A DNA stretch of 64,000 nt from Squalus acanthias (taxonomy: Eukaryota): assembly GCA_030390025.1 (NCBI GenBank), contig CM059432.1:135656001-135720000 (forward strand), read 5' to 3'. Shown piece after piece: positions 12,016 to 23,992 of the stretch. The notes under the pieces are model-generated. The model saw only the letters and a program-made list of their open reading frames with translations. It had not been told where the DNA came from and searched no databases. The position numbers and the translations under genes are program-made. Numbering within the stretch: position 1 is the first letter of the stretch; every line of letters starts with the position of its first letter.

Positions 12016-12076
12016 ATACTCTGAGATATCTCAGATATTTGAGCAGTACTACTGAAATGTAAGTTGTTGAAATTAT

Positions 12077-15000
12077 GGCCCATAATTTACTGTCAAAATG
12101 ACGCCGAGGCTAATAGCACTCGCCGTTATTTATGCGCAAACGGTACGGCAACTTCAGGCTAGGGGCAAATGCGCGGTTAAATGAGGAAATCCAAAAGTTG
12201 CTGTCTGAGATACACTGCTCCGTGGTTAGCTTTGCAAAACTGGCATCTCGCTGTCTGTCTCACCATTGAAATGCATTGAATGGCGTGAAGTTGCTGCATT
12301 GTTACAGTGCTGGAGAGGGAGGATGTCCTGGAGGGGTCAAGGACAGAATCTATATGGCTAGAGTTAAGAAATAATAGAGGTGCCATCACACTACTAGGTG
12401 TATTCTATAGACCACCAAATAGTGGGAAAGATATGGAGGAGCAAATTTGCAGAGAAATTACAGAGAGGTGCAAGAACTATAGAATAGTGATAATGGGGGA
12501 CTTCAACTATCCTAATATAGATAGGGATCGTAATAATGTTAAGGGCAGAGAAGGGGAAGAATTTCTGAAGTGTGTTCAGGAGAACTTTCTTGATCAGTAC
12601 GTTTCCGGCCCGACGAGGGAGGAGGCATTGCTGGATCTGGTTCTGGGGAATGAGGTGGGTCAAGTGGAGCAAGTGTCAGTTGGTGAACATTTAGGGAACA
12701 GTAATCATAGTAACATAAGGTTTAGATTAGCTGTGGAAAAGGACAGGGAGCAATCTAGAGTAAAAGTGTTTAATTGGGGGAAAGCCAATTTCAGTGGGAT
12801 GAGAATGGATCTGAACCGGGTAAACTGGAATCAAAGATTGGCAGGCAAAATTGTAATGGAACAATGGGCTGCCTTTAAAGAGGAAATAGTTCAGGTACAG
12901 TTGAGGGACATTCCCACTAGGGGGAAAGGCAGGGCAACTAAAGTCGGGGCTCCCTGGATGACGAAAGAGATAGAGAATATGATGAAGCAGAAAAAGAGCG
13001 CATAAGACAGATGTCAGGTTGCAAATACATCTGAGAATCAGGCTATATATAGAAAGGTCAGAGGAGAAGTGAAAAATAAAAGGGGCAAAGAGAGGGTATG
13101 AGAATAGAATGGCAGCCAACATAAAAGGTAATCCAAAGGTCTTCTATAGGCATATAAATAGTAAAAGGGTAGTAAGAGGAGGAGGGGTGGGGGGGCGGGG
13201 GTGCGATTAGGAACCAAAAAGGAGAACTATGCATAAAGGCAGAGGGGTATGGCTGAGGTGCTAAATGAGTACTTTGCATCTGTCTTCACCAAGGAAGAGG
13301 ATGCTGCCATAGACATAGTAAAGAAGGAGGTAGTGGAGATACTTGACAGGATAAAAATTGATAAAGAGGAGGTATTAGAAAGGCTGGCTGTACTTAAAGT
13401 AGATAAATCACCAGGAGCGGATGGGATGCATCCTAGAATGCTGAGAGAATTGAGGGAGGAAATTGCGGAGGTACAGGCCATAATATTCCAATCCTCCTTA
13501 GATACGGGGGTGGTGCCAGAAGACTGGAGAATTGCAAATGTTACACCATTGTTCAAAAAAGGGTGTAAAGATAAACCCAGCAACTACAGGCCAGTCAGTT
13601 TGACCTCGGTAGTGAGGAAGCTTTTAGAAACAGTAATCAGGGACAAAATGAATAGCCACTTGGACAAGTGCGGATTAATTAAGGAAAGCCAGCACGGATT
13701 TGTTAAAGGCAAATCGTGTTTAACTAACTTGATTGAGTTCTTTGATGAGGTAACAGAGAGGGTTGATGAGGGCAATGCGGTTGACGTGGTGTACATGGAT
13801 TTCCAAAAGGCGTTTGACAAAGTGCCACATAATAGGCTTGCCAGCAAAGTTGAAGCCCATGGAATAAAAAGGACAGTGGTAGCATGGATACAAAATTGGC
13901 TAAGTGATAGGAAACAGAGAGTAGTGGTGAACAGTTGTTTTTTTGACTGGAGGATGGTATACAGTGGTGTTCCCCAGGGGTCATTTCTAGGACCACTGCA
14001 TTTCTTGATATATATTAATGACTTGGACGTGGGTGTACAGGGCACAATTTCAAAATGTGCAGATGACACAAAACTTGGAAGTATAGTGAACAGTGAGGAG
14101 GAGAGTGAAAGACTTCAGGAAGACATAGACAGGCTGGTGAAATGGGTGGACACGAGGCAGATGAAATTTAACGCAGAAAAGTGTGAAGTGATACATTTTG
14201 GTAGAATGAATGAGGAGAGGCAATATAAACTAAAGGGTACAATTCTAAAGGGGGTGCATGAACAGAGAGACCTGGGGGTATATGTGCACAAATCGTTGAA
14301 GGTGGCAGGGCAAGTTGAGAAAGCAGTTAAAATGGTTTATGGGATCCTGGGCTTCATAAATAGAGGAATAGAGTACAAAAGCGTGGAAATTATGATGAAC
14401 CTGTATAAAACTTCAGTTACATTGAAAGACTGGAGAAGCTGGGGTTGTTCTCCTTGGAGCAGAGAAGATTGAGAAGAGATTTGATAGAGGTGCTCAAAAT
14501 CATGAGGGGTCTAGACAGAGTAGATAGAGGGAAACTGTTCCCATTGGCAGAAGGGTCGAGAACCAGCGGACACAGATTTAAGGTGATTGGCAAAAGAACC
14601 AAAGGCGACGTAAGAAAAAACTTTTTTACGCAGCGAGTGGTTAAGACCTGGAATGCACTGCCTGAAAGGGTGGTGGAGGCAGATTCAATCACGGCTTTCA
14701 AAAGGGAGTTGGATAAGTACCTGAAGGAAAGAAATTTGCAGGGCTACGGGGAAAGGGCGGGGAAGTGGGATTAGCTGAGGTGCTCTTGCAGAGAGCCGGC
14801 ACGGGCTCGACGGGCTGAATGGCCTTCTTCCATGCTGTCACCATTCTATGATTCTATGATTTACGCAGTAGATACGAACTAAACTCACCTCAGAAAGTTA
14901 CGTCTCTGGCACTGAAAATTAACTATTAAAGGTGTGGAGTCTCATTCCTTCAGGTTTTAATTGTTGTTGGAATTTAAAAAAATGTAAAATGTAAAATTAA

Positions 15001-15353
15001 AACTTTTTTTACTTCACCTTTCTGTCGCTCTTTTTCTCTCTCTCTCTTAATCTTTCTTTCCTGCTCTTCATTTCTATTTCTGCATCTGATTTGACATTGA
15101 ATTCACCCACTCTAAGTTTTTGCTTCCTTCCTGCATTGTTAATTTCACAATCCTTCAATTGGATTGGTTAAGGAGATGCACAGTCACTTGGCCTGTGCAC
15201 TTGGGTCCCAGATGCCCTGCTTCCCTCGCTGCGACGTTACCAGCTCGCACTTTCAGCAATTTGCCACGCCAAAAAAAAAAACCTGAGCGTGCGAGGGCAA
15301 GTCTAACTAACAGCAGATGCCACTAGGTGCCCTGTCACAACAAATCATGGCCC
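12077..15353. mobile_element. Harbinger-like MITE (~720 bp) split by a CR1 insertion
   Basis: Imperfect TIRs GGCCCATAATTT / AAATCATGGCCC. The two halves are 12077-12300 and 14861-15353. The right half has an inverted homologue at ~55845-55981. Confidence 0.65.
12302..14860 (+). mobile_element. CR1 LINE, 5' truncated; ORF2 (APE endonuclease C-terminal part plus reverse transcriptase), disrupted
   Basis: ORFs 12307-13005 (YRPP, MGDFN, LLDLVL, SNH), 13249-14472 (YRPVSLTS, DFQKAFDKVPH, GVPQGS, ADDTKL) and 14445-14774. Stop/frameshift near 13005-13250, internal deletion near 14410, (ATTCTATG)n tail. Confidence 0.97.
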
Positions 15354-15769
15354 ATTATTTTGAATCGTTATAAATATGTTTTATTGCTTATTGGTAAGAG
15401 GTGCAGGGTTAAACATATAACAGCGCTCCAAGGCTCTTGGTGTATGCACAATTATTTGAAAGTCTCAATTTACAATTTAGTTTCTACTTGCCATTCCTTG
15501 TCCAATGGTGTGGGGTGGCGGTGGGGGGGGGGGGGGTGGAAGGAGAGATCCTGTCTTTGCCAGAAATGGGAAAAATGCATCACTAGCTTGTATGGTCAAG
15601 CTGAATATTTAGCCCACTCACAGACAGAAACAATAGTGGCCTGTGAAATAAGTAGCAGCAGTTATATTTGCGGCAGGCAGCGCTGCTGGCTCCAGAGGCA
15701 CCAAGGAAAATCATTACTTTATTCCCGGCCCCTCTGAAGTCAGCAAACACCAGCTCGTTCAAATTGGAG

Positions 15770-16065
15770 CCCAGCCACCGAACCTGAAGCTCACGTCGGC
15801 CGGGGCAGTGCTGGAAGTACTACAAATGCCCTCGGCATCCCTGAGCGAGGGAATGAAGCAATCAGCCCCTGTTTTCTGCTTCTGATCCCTATTCAGTTAC
15901 AACTCCTGGAAACTCCATGTGTGTGTGTGTGTGTGTGGACATTGGATGCAGACTAGATCGGGCTTGGTTGTGATTACTGCCTCCCCCTCTCGGCAGTCAA
16001 ATAGCCTCTCACGGGTCATTCATGAAGTTACTTTCAAGGGACTATCAGCATTCATAAAACCATAA
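15770..16065 (+). mobile_element. Family B SINE-like copy with internal (TG)n
   Basis: AATCAGCC..TTTTCTGCTTCTGATC...GGACATTGGATG...CAGTCAAATAGCCT shared with 49310-49430 and 54270-54400. Confidence 0.55.
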
Positions 16066-17039
16066 CACAGTAAGAATTCAGATGAGAAGAAAATTGGGGG
16101 GAAAAGTTGCTCCATACCAAACTTGCATCAGGAACAAATTAAGACTTCAGGAAAGAAATATACTAGAATCAGAATTAAAAAAACAAAATCGTGCCAAAAC
16201 TCCAAAAAGGAAAAATAAGCCACAATCCTGTTAATTCAATAACTTATTATGAGGTTTAAAAACTGCCCATTTTTAAGCAAGAAAGTACACTACATGTTTT
16301 GGATAAGAGACAAAATGGCTTTCCTAAAAACCTCTTCATGTAGCCTTAAAACACCCACCATCTCTATACCGTGGCATTTTACAGGAACCTTTTTGAGATA
16401 GCAATCTTTTTACTCCAAGTTTTCTTAATGAATACGGTATTTACTTCCCTGGCAGCCACCAATATAATTCATTACTTTACAAGAAAGCCCTCTTTATTAA
16501 ATGTTCCTGCAGACCTCTTAGCGCACAGTATCTATTGCCTAAAACAGAAGTATGATCTGTAGCACTAATGTAGTTACTAAACTGCCACTGCATGGAAAGC
16601 TCCATAAATGACAATAGCCATATTGCTCTGCACGCTAGTTTAAAAAAAATCTCTCCCCCATTTTCTACCTTTAGGTCCACGCTGGCTGCAACCTGCCACC
16701 GTGCTTCAATACTCTGGGCCACATGGCTGCTACACAGTCATCAATTGTCACACAGTAAACTGGCCAACAGATGGGTATGCTTCTGTGGGATTGGATTGAT
16801 CCCACTCAGTTTTTCCTCGTCCCCAACTCTTCCCTCACAAACTGAAGTATCTACTGTCGCGCAGTGCGCCATCCAGTGGTTTAGATCAGAATCTGCGATA
16901 CCTTACAATCAAAATTATTAAATTCAAGGAACTTGGGTTATGCTATCAACTCAAGTGTTTCAGTACTTCACTACTAGGGCGTCTATGCTCCCCCACTGAG
17001 GGATCAGAGATGCTTCTTCAAAGAATCCACCTTTTTCAA

Positions 17040-20000
17040 ATCTCTCCCTCCTCCTATTTCCTAATGTGAATTTTCTTTTATTGAGACACCAAGGTGAAGG
17101 GCAAAGGCCCATGATGCAGGACACTACCGCAGTTGAAAAGAGTAAAAGAAATGATTAGGTAAATCCGGAAGTAGTTATAAGGTGATGCCCAGCTTGGGTT
17201 TTTAAAAGCCTGAAGATTATAGAAGGTGCCAAGTAATAAGACAGTCAAAGAGTTACACTGCTTTTAACTCGTGAGTTAGAGTAGGAGACCGCACCGTTTT
17301 AATTTCAGCAAAGTGAGGCAGGAAGAGAACAGCATGTAGCATGGCATTTTGCAGCTGAAAGGAACAAGGCAGGAAAGTACAGAGGAGCAAGGATGAGGGT
17401 ACTCTCAATGAAATAGAGCGAGGGGGACAAGAGCGCTTACGACACAGAAAGGCAGGTTGGAGGCCAGTGGTGAAAGAAGATTACCTATCAGATAACAAGT
17501 TTCTTCTTCTATCCTATCTCGGGGTGCGAGAGGTGTTAAAAGACCCTCCCAAGATAATCTTTTCCGAGTGGAGCTTTATAGAGTTAAGAATGATTAAGGA
17601 GAAAAGAAGTGTTTGGCATGAAAGAGGAAACCGAGCATTTGGATAGTTTTAGCAATGGAGGAAATGTGAGAGCTTTATTTAAGGTCAGAGGAGATAATGA
17701 GGACAAGAATGTTGACAGATGGGAAAGACTAAAGGTGAGGCCATTAAAGTTAATGGGACATAGCTGTTAGACTTGCAAGAGACATAAGCAAACTGTGCTG
17801 AAGAAATAAAAGAAACTATATTTTCATTGCTCCATCGAAGATGGGTAAAATGAAGTTATTTAGCCATTTCAGTGCAAAAGCACTGGGATGTTGTGTATAC
17901 TGAAGACTTATGATCTGAAGGACATTGATGACTGTAGGGTAGAATTATCAACAAAAGAGTGGACTGGGTTTGGAGAATAAGTGGAGGAGGTCATTATATG
18001 AAGGAGGAATAGAGTGGGTTAGAGAACAGACCCTAGGGAGCTAAATCATATGATGAGCCATCAGCTACAGCACAGATAGAATAACTTGAGAGGAAACTGG
18101 ATAGCCATGAACATAGCTTTGGTGGCAGGTCATATGATAACTTTTTTAGAACTGCATGGTGCCAGACCCTGTGAAATGTTTTGGAGTTGCCCAAGACAAT
18201 GATAGATGATGCACCAAAGTGTTCAAGAGGAGTTTCAGATGTGCAGAACATAGCAACAACATCAGCAATGGAACAGCCATATGAAAAAAAATCTCTATTA
18301 CCGATCGCGGATTTGGTCAGAACTTTCAAGTTGATGTATTGTTTGAGAGTTAACAGCAGATTTCTATTTCCTTGGAAAGTACGAAGGGCAATAGAGCAGA
18401 AGCTCAAATCGGGAACATTCTTTTTCGGGATAAAGTGACTATGAGCACATTTCTAAAGAGAGAGAAATATGGAGTGAGAGTTAGAAAGATTTAAAAAATG
18501 ACACAGGACAGGGTAAGTTTGGAGGCATATATCTTGATGGGAGGGATCAGAGATCTTATTGGAGTTCAGAGTGCAGAGGAACTGACAGACTAGGGGTGGT
18601 TAAAACTGTTTGTCACAATGGTTGAACAGATAGAGAAATGGTGGGATGATCTTTATTGCACTCATTAATAGTAGAGTTTGAGGAGAAAAGTGAACCAAAA
18701 AGATCAGCTTTTCCTTTAGGAGAGTTAGTAATTATATCATGCCGACAAAAAAGAAGTGGAGAGAAATATTCCGAGAAGTTACAAGAGACAGCTTTGGCAA
18801 GGAATGAGGAGTAACAACTGCTAAGGGCCAGGAAGACACAGGTTGATCTCCCTTCTCAATAAAGCTATATTTAGTAGTAGAATGGTAGGCATGGCTGAAC
18901 CAAGGTGCAACACCAGATTTGACAGTAGGGGAGGAGTGAGGTATGAAACCTTCCAAGTCAGCGACAATAACATCAGTTACTTCACTGGTGCTGATAGATA
19001 AGAAGAGTAAAAGCCACAATTGAACTAGGTAAATGCAGCAAAGAATTCTCAAAGACTGTCGTAGTTGGTTGATTTATACTGCCAAACAGCGAGGGACTGA
19101 TTTATACAATGTGATTTGTTGCTGGGTATTCTGAAAGAGGTAGATATGAGATAGTGATCAGAATAGTCTAATGAGACAGATACATTCTAAGAGTTAGAGC
19201 TGGACGAAAGGAAAAAGGAAAGAACTTGCATTTACAGAGCACTCTTCACGACGTCAGGACGTACTGCCAATGAGGTACTTTGAAGTGTAGGCATTGTTGA
19301 AATGTAGGGAAATATCTAGCGCAAATTGGCTGCCGCCCTTCCTACATTACAACAGTGACTATACTTCAAAAAGCACTTCATTGGCTGTAAAGCACTTTGG
19401 GATGTCTGGTGGTCATGAAAGGCGCTATATAAATGCAAGTCTTTCTATCTTTCAATTTACGCACAGCAAGGCCTCACAAACAGCAAAGAGATACATGCCA
19501 GGTTCTGTTGTTTTTAGTGATGTTGGTTGAGGGATAAATATTGACCAGGACTCTGGGAGAAACCCCCTGCTTTTCTTCAAATAGTGCCATGGGATATTTT
19601 ACATCCACCTGAGAGTGTAAACGGGGGCCTCAGTTTAATGTCTCATCTGAAAGACAGCACCTCCGACAGTGTAGCACTCACTGGACTGAAGTGTCAGCCT
19701 GGATCATGTACTCATGTCTCTGAAGGTGAGGAAAGGTTTTTGGAGATTAGCTGAAATACTGGTCCAACTTGGGTAACAGGTAGGCTGACGAGTTGTTCAA
19801 GGTCACTCAAGAGAGCAAAGGACTCAGCATTAGTGGAACCATTGCTGATGATGAACATTGAAGTCACTAGTGATTTCAGGAGAGGTGAAGCTAGATATGA
19901 CGAGATTAAATTTTGCTTGACAAAAAGTTGAAAAGTTCGAGGGAGTTATCAAGGTTAGGACAGGGATAGACAACAAATTAATTTAGTAGGGTGAAGGAGG

Positions 20001-20075
20001 GAGATTTTAACCACAAAAGATTGAAATCCACTGATTCAAAGAAGCTAAGGTAAACAGCAGGGATATCGGAATGAG
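17040..20075 (-). mobile_element. Decayed non-LTR retrotransposon (EN+RT) of CR1/Zenon-like type, distinct from the resident CR1; interrupted by a SINE
   Basis: Minus-strand motifs in the expected order: DFNLLWLK (~20020), DFNVH (~19860), DYSDHY (~19160), EGFIPHS..PWFSHA (~18920), KTFHRVWHHAVLKKLSY (~18160), P*GSVL*PTLFLL (~18030), PVHSFVDNSTL (~17955), LGFLFHAKHFFSP..LTLYKA (~17600). Confidence 0.85.
19212..19722 (-). mobile_element. Deu-domain SINE containing an inverted second SINE tail (19319-19452, + strand)
   Basis: Minus-strand tail 19212-19318, then a plus-strand tail copy, then the minus-strand body resumes at CAATTTACGCACAGCAAGG. Confidence 0.85.
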
Positions 20076-20087
20076 CATAGTATCAAC

Positions 20088-20276
20088 TTGGCTCAGATTG
20101 TATCACTCTTGCCTCTGGGCCAGAAGGTTAGGGGTTCGAAGTCCCACAACAGGGTTTGAGTATAGAATTGGCATTCAAGCGCAGTATTGAGGCTGTGCTG
20201 CATTATCAAGAGGTGTTCTTCTTTGAATGAGCTGTGAAACCGAGGTCCTGCCTGCTTGTTCAGGTGGATGTTAAAG
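20088..20276 (+). mobile_element. Deu-domain SINE 5' half (tRNA-like head)
   Basis: A box TGGCTCAGATTG, B box GGTTCGAAGTCC, followed by GAAACCGAGGTCCTGCCTG...CAGGTGGATGTTAAAG. Confidence 0.75.
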
Positions 20277-20489
20277 CTGTAATAGGAAGACATCAGGATT
20301 GGTAGTGTAGGATTAGATCAAGTTGGCTGAAGGACCTTCTTCATGTTAGCCTATCTTGAACTAACATAAGCACATAATGAGCTATGTTTAATGGCCTTAT
20401 CTACTTGAGGTGCTGCTTTTAACACCTTATGAACTTTAACCCCCCCCCATGCCACTGCTCTTCCACATCGCCCAGCTTTCCTGAAAGTA

Positions 20490-20755
20490 TTTTTTTTACC
20501 AAAATGTACATCCTCACATTAACTGACATTGAATTCCATTTGCCATGTTTTTGTCCATTCCATCATTTTATCAATATTTCCTTGCAGCTTCCTTTGGCTC
20601 ACAGAATTATTTACTATGCCTTCTATTTCAGTATCATCTGCAAATTTGGACACCAGTTCCTCTGGCCCAATACCTGAATCATTGATATACATAGTGAACA
20701 GAAGGTGATCCAGAACAGAACTCTGTGGGACACAGTTATCCACTTCCAACCACTT
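20490..20755 (-). mobile_element. CR1 RT fragment
   Basis: ORF 20519-20749: VPQSSVLDHLLFTMYIND...SKFADDTEI...WQMEFNV. Confidence 0.88.
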
Positions 20756-21009
20756 TGAGAAGTATCAGCGCAGGCACATCGGGGAGGTTTAGGTCGTGAG
20801 AAGGAGGACCTGGTGAATCACAGCACGAATGAGGAGGAACAAATAAGGTGACAGTGGAGGAGCATGAAGCTTCTTCAATTGAAGAGCCCAGAGATTCATT
20901 CCTCATGGGGCCTGCCTATAAAAGAACATTGCTATCTGAGCAGGATCTTCTTATGGAGTCATTTTGAGGCTGTCTAAAGCACTAAGCATAGTATGGTGAC
21001 AACTGTAAA

Positions 21010-21745
21010 GGAGTCAGTTCACCCTTGTACAAGTCCTTGGTCAGGCCTCACTTGGAATACTGTGTCCAGTTTTGGTCTCCTCACATGCTGGGTGATATTG
21101 AGGCTCTGGAAAGGGTACAGAGGTGGGCCACTGGACTAATTTCCAGTATAAAGCATCTTGGTGATCAAGATAGGCTAAAAGGGTTGCGACTCTACACTTT
21201 AGAGAAGCATAGACTAAGGGGTGATTGAGGTTTATAAGATAATGAAGGGAATAGATTTTGTTTCAATTGACAGTTTGTTCACATTAAATAGATTAGGGAG
21301 GACCAGGGTCACAATTTTAAGTTGTATAAGGGCAGATCTAGGTTAGATGTCAGGAGGTGGTTCTTTTCCCAGAGGATAGTGGACCTCTGGAACAAGCTGC
21401 CATCTCGTGCAGTGGACGTCGATTGGCTGAATTCCTTCAAGCAAGAGCTGGACCTGTTTCTGGCTGGGACGGAGATCACCTCTTACAAAAGGTTAGTACT
21501 GCAGGGAATTCAGGGCCGGAGTGATCTCCTGGACTAATTTTGATCACCTGAATGGGTCGGAGAGGAATTCCCCAGATTTTTTTCCCCCTAGATTGGCCTG
21601 GGTTTTTATCTGGTTTTTCGCCTCTCTCAAGAGATCACATGATTTTGGGTGGGGTGAAGAGTGTATATTGTGGCATCATAATTGTGTGGGACAGGTTGGA
21701 TGGACCAGAGGGTCTTTACTTTCCGTCATTGTTCGTATGTTCGTA
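21010..21745 (+). mobile_element. CR1 3' portion of a second subfamily with a longer 3'UTR
   Basis: [19 protein letters not shown]...LERVQR and RRWFFSQRIVDLWNKLP; tail TGTTCGTATGTTCGTA. Confidence 0.9.
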
Positions 21746-21821
21746 GTATCTGTGCAGTCACGCAAGAAGGCTTCTTGGCACTGCAGTCCACCACAGTGCA
21801 TGTGGCAACGCCAAGGGCATC

Positions 21822-21905
21822 TCATAGAATCATAGAATGATACAGCGCAGGAGGAGGCCATTCGACCCATCCTGCCTGTGCTGGATCTTTGAAAGAGCTA
21901 TCCAC
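21822..21905 (-). mobile_element. CR1 3' tail fragment
   Basis: CATAGAATCATAGAATGATACAGCGCAGGAGGAGGCCATTCGACCC. Confidence 0.8.
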
Positions 21906-23451
21906 TATGAGAACCAAAGACCTACAGCAGAGGCCTCAGTGGTAGAGATCTTAAGCACAATGGGATTATTTCTACATGGATGTCCACACTATTGCTACTG
22001 AGGCCTTGGACTCCAACATCTAAGAAGCTCTCTTGTTCATCTTCCCATGACTTCATAATTTTGTGAGAACATCTGTTTAGTTCAGGGCACTGAATGCCCA
22101 CTGCCATAACTACGGTGGACCAGGAATTGCGTTGTGCTACAGCAATGTGAGGGGATCCTGACCCTGCAAGAGTTTCTGGGTCCTGGGAGTTCAAGTAAAA
22201 CAGGTGGATGGCCATGCCAGTATGGGTGCATCTTGGCCGCTTGCTAGAACGGGGGGCGGGGGGCAGAACAGAATGCGGTGTTTCTTAAAGTATAGTGGGG
22301 TTGAAGCTGGTGGGTCCAGCTTGAAATGTAAATAAGCGTGGAAATCGACTCCGTTTATAAGAGGGCCGATCTGAAGATGCTGGAGTGTTCCAGTGACTCC
22401 AGTCTGGAATAGCCCTGTGAGCCCTACTTCTGTTGCTCCAGCAACTATTCTTTGCTGGTGTCCATTTTGTTGGCGGCAGAGGAGGAGGCGGAAGCAGTGG
22501 GAAATCCAGTGGGTGTTGCCATCCCACTTTCTCCAGATCCACCTCCTTTGCCAATCCATGATGGGCTGGACAGAATTTACGCCTACAGCGAGAATCATCC
22601 TCGGGGCAGAGTTCCAGTGTCCCTGGGTACAACCCACTTTTCCAGTCCCACCAGTCGCTGTCCACAGTACTTCCACCCCTGGAACACTCTGGGCCCATGT
22701 GCTTTCTTTCAATTTACTATCATACAGATGTTATACTAAACAATAATCCAAATCGTGAGTAGAGATTAATGTTTCTACAATGTATAATAGTTTGTAAAGC
22801 TGGTGATAAAGAATTTTAAAAAAACAATCATTCCAGTACTTTTATCCTTATAAGTGAAGCAGCAATATAATGGACTTTGTGGGGGGTGCATTTTGCACTT
22901 AATTAAGATGAGGCGATGGTATTAGGAAAAATTTCCCTGCACTCAGTGACAGCATCAAGCAACCTATGCCAGCGGTACTATACATTAGAATCAAAATAGG
23001 ACTCCATCTATACTGCACCAACAATGTGCCTGCACCCTCTTCCCAAATGCTCTTTCGCACACCATACACACACACACACACACACAAATACACCTTTTCC
23101 TATAGCCTCACTAGATGATACAAACTATGATTTGATATTTATTGAGAAGTTCTGCATTATTGACTCACTTTGGTTAGCTTGAGTGCTCAGATTCATTCAC
23201 TTGGGAAACCTTGAATACAATTTACACAATAAGGAGAGCAAAGGGAAGGAGATCTGGTGCTACAGGTAAAAGAGCAGTATTCTAACCACAATGCTATTCA
23301 GTGTCCTTGTTTTACATGATCCAGAAACAACGTTTTACACTGCAACAGAAAACTAACCAGATTGTAAGAACCCCTGGCCATGCCCCCCGCCCTTACCCTC
23401 CCCCACCCCTCCGCCCCTCCCAAATAAACTGAGGGTAGTGATTCATCCATT

Positions 23452-23554
23452 AAATAAAAACACAAAATGCTGGAAATACACAGTGGATCAGCCAGCATCT
23501 GTACAGAGAACAGAAAAGTTATGATAGTTTGGGTGTTTACCCTTCATCAGAACT
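23452..23554 (-). mobile_element. Penelope-like element pLTR remnant with a degenerate hammerhead core
   Basis: Minus strand AGTT-CTGATGA-A-GGGT-AAAC-ACCC-AAAC...CAGATGCTGGCTGATCCACTGTGTATTTCCAGCATTTTGTGTTTT, resembling a common shark PLE terminal repeat. Confidence 0.6.
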
Positions 23555-23992
23555 CACTCATGAACTTTGGCTGAAGTTTAATAAAGGATTTTTTGGGGGG
23601 TTATTCAAAATTTATAGGTGGAAGAGGGAAATATTAATTGCGTATAATGCACTTCGGTAGTCAGGTAGCTTAACCTGCAATGTGCTTTGAATCCAAACTG
23701 GAAGGCAGTAGGGTTGGAGTTTTGGGGCTGCCTAGCAATTAATTAGCTTACCTTAGTCAGGCTGAAATTCATCAGGTCTCAGCTGAAATACAGGATGGAT
23801 CACCATCTGAAAGGGAAGGTGTTTCACCTCAGGTGGAGGGAAAACTGGCCTTGACTCAACCGACTCAAAACTATGATTGCTTCTGTCCAATCAAGGACAC
23901 TGGGATAGATGTAGGCAGCTGCTGGGGAGAAGTCCAGAGTCAGCCTTCTTGACTGCAGCAGGATTCATGTTGGTGATCAGCATGTGCAACAA

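Noticed and set aside
12394-14701. Several minus-strand ORFs of 90-161 aa
   Set aside because: Antisense shadows of CR1 ORF2.
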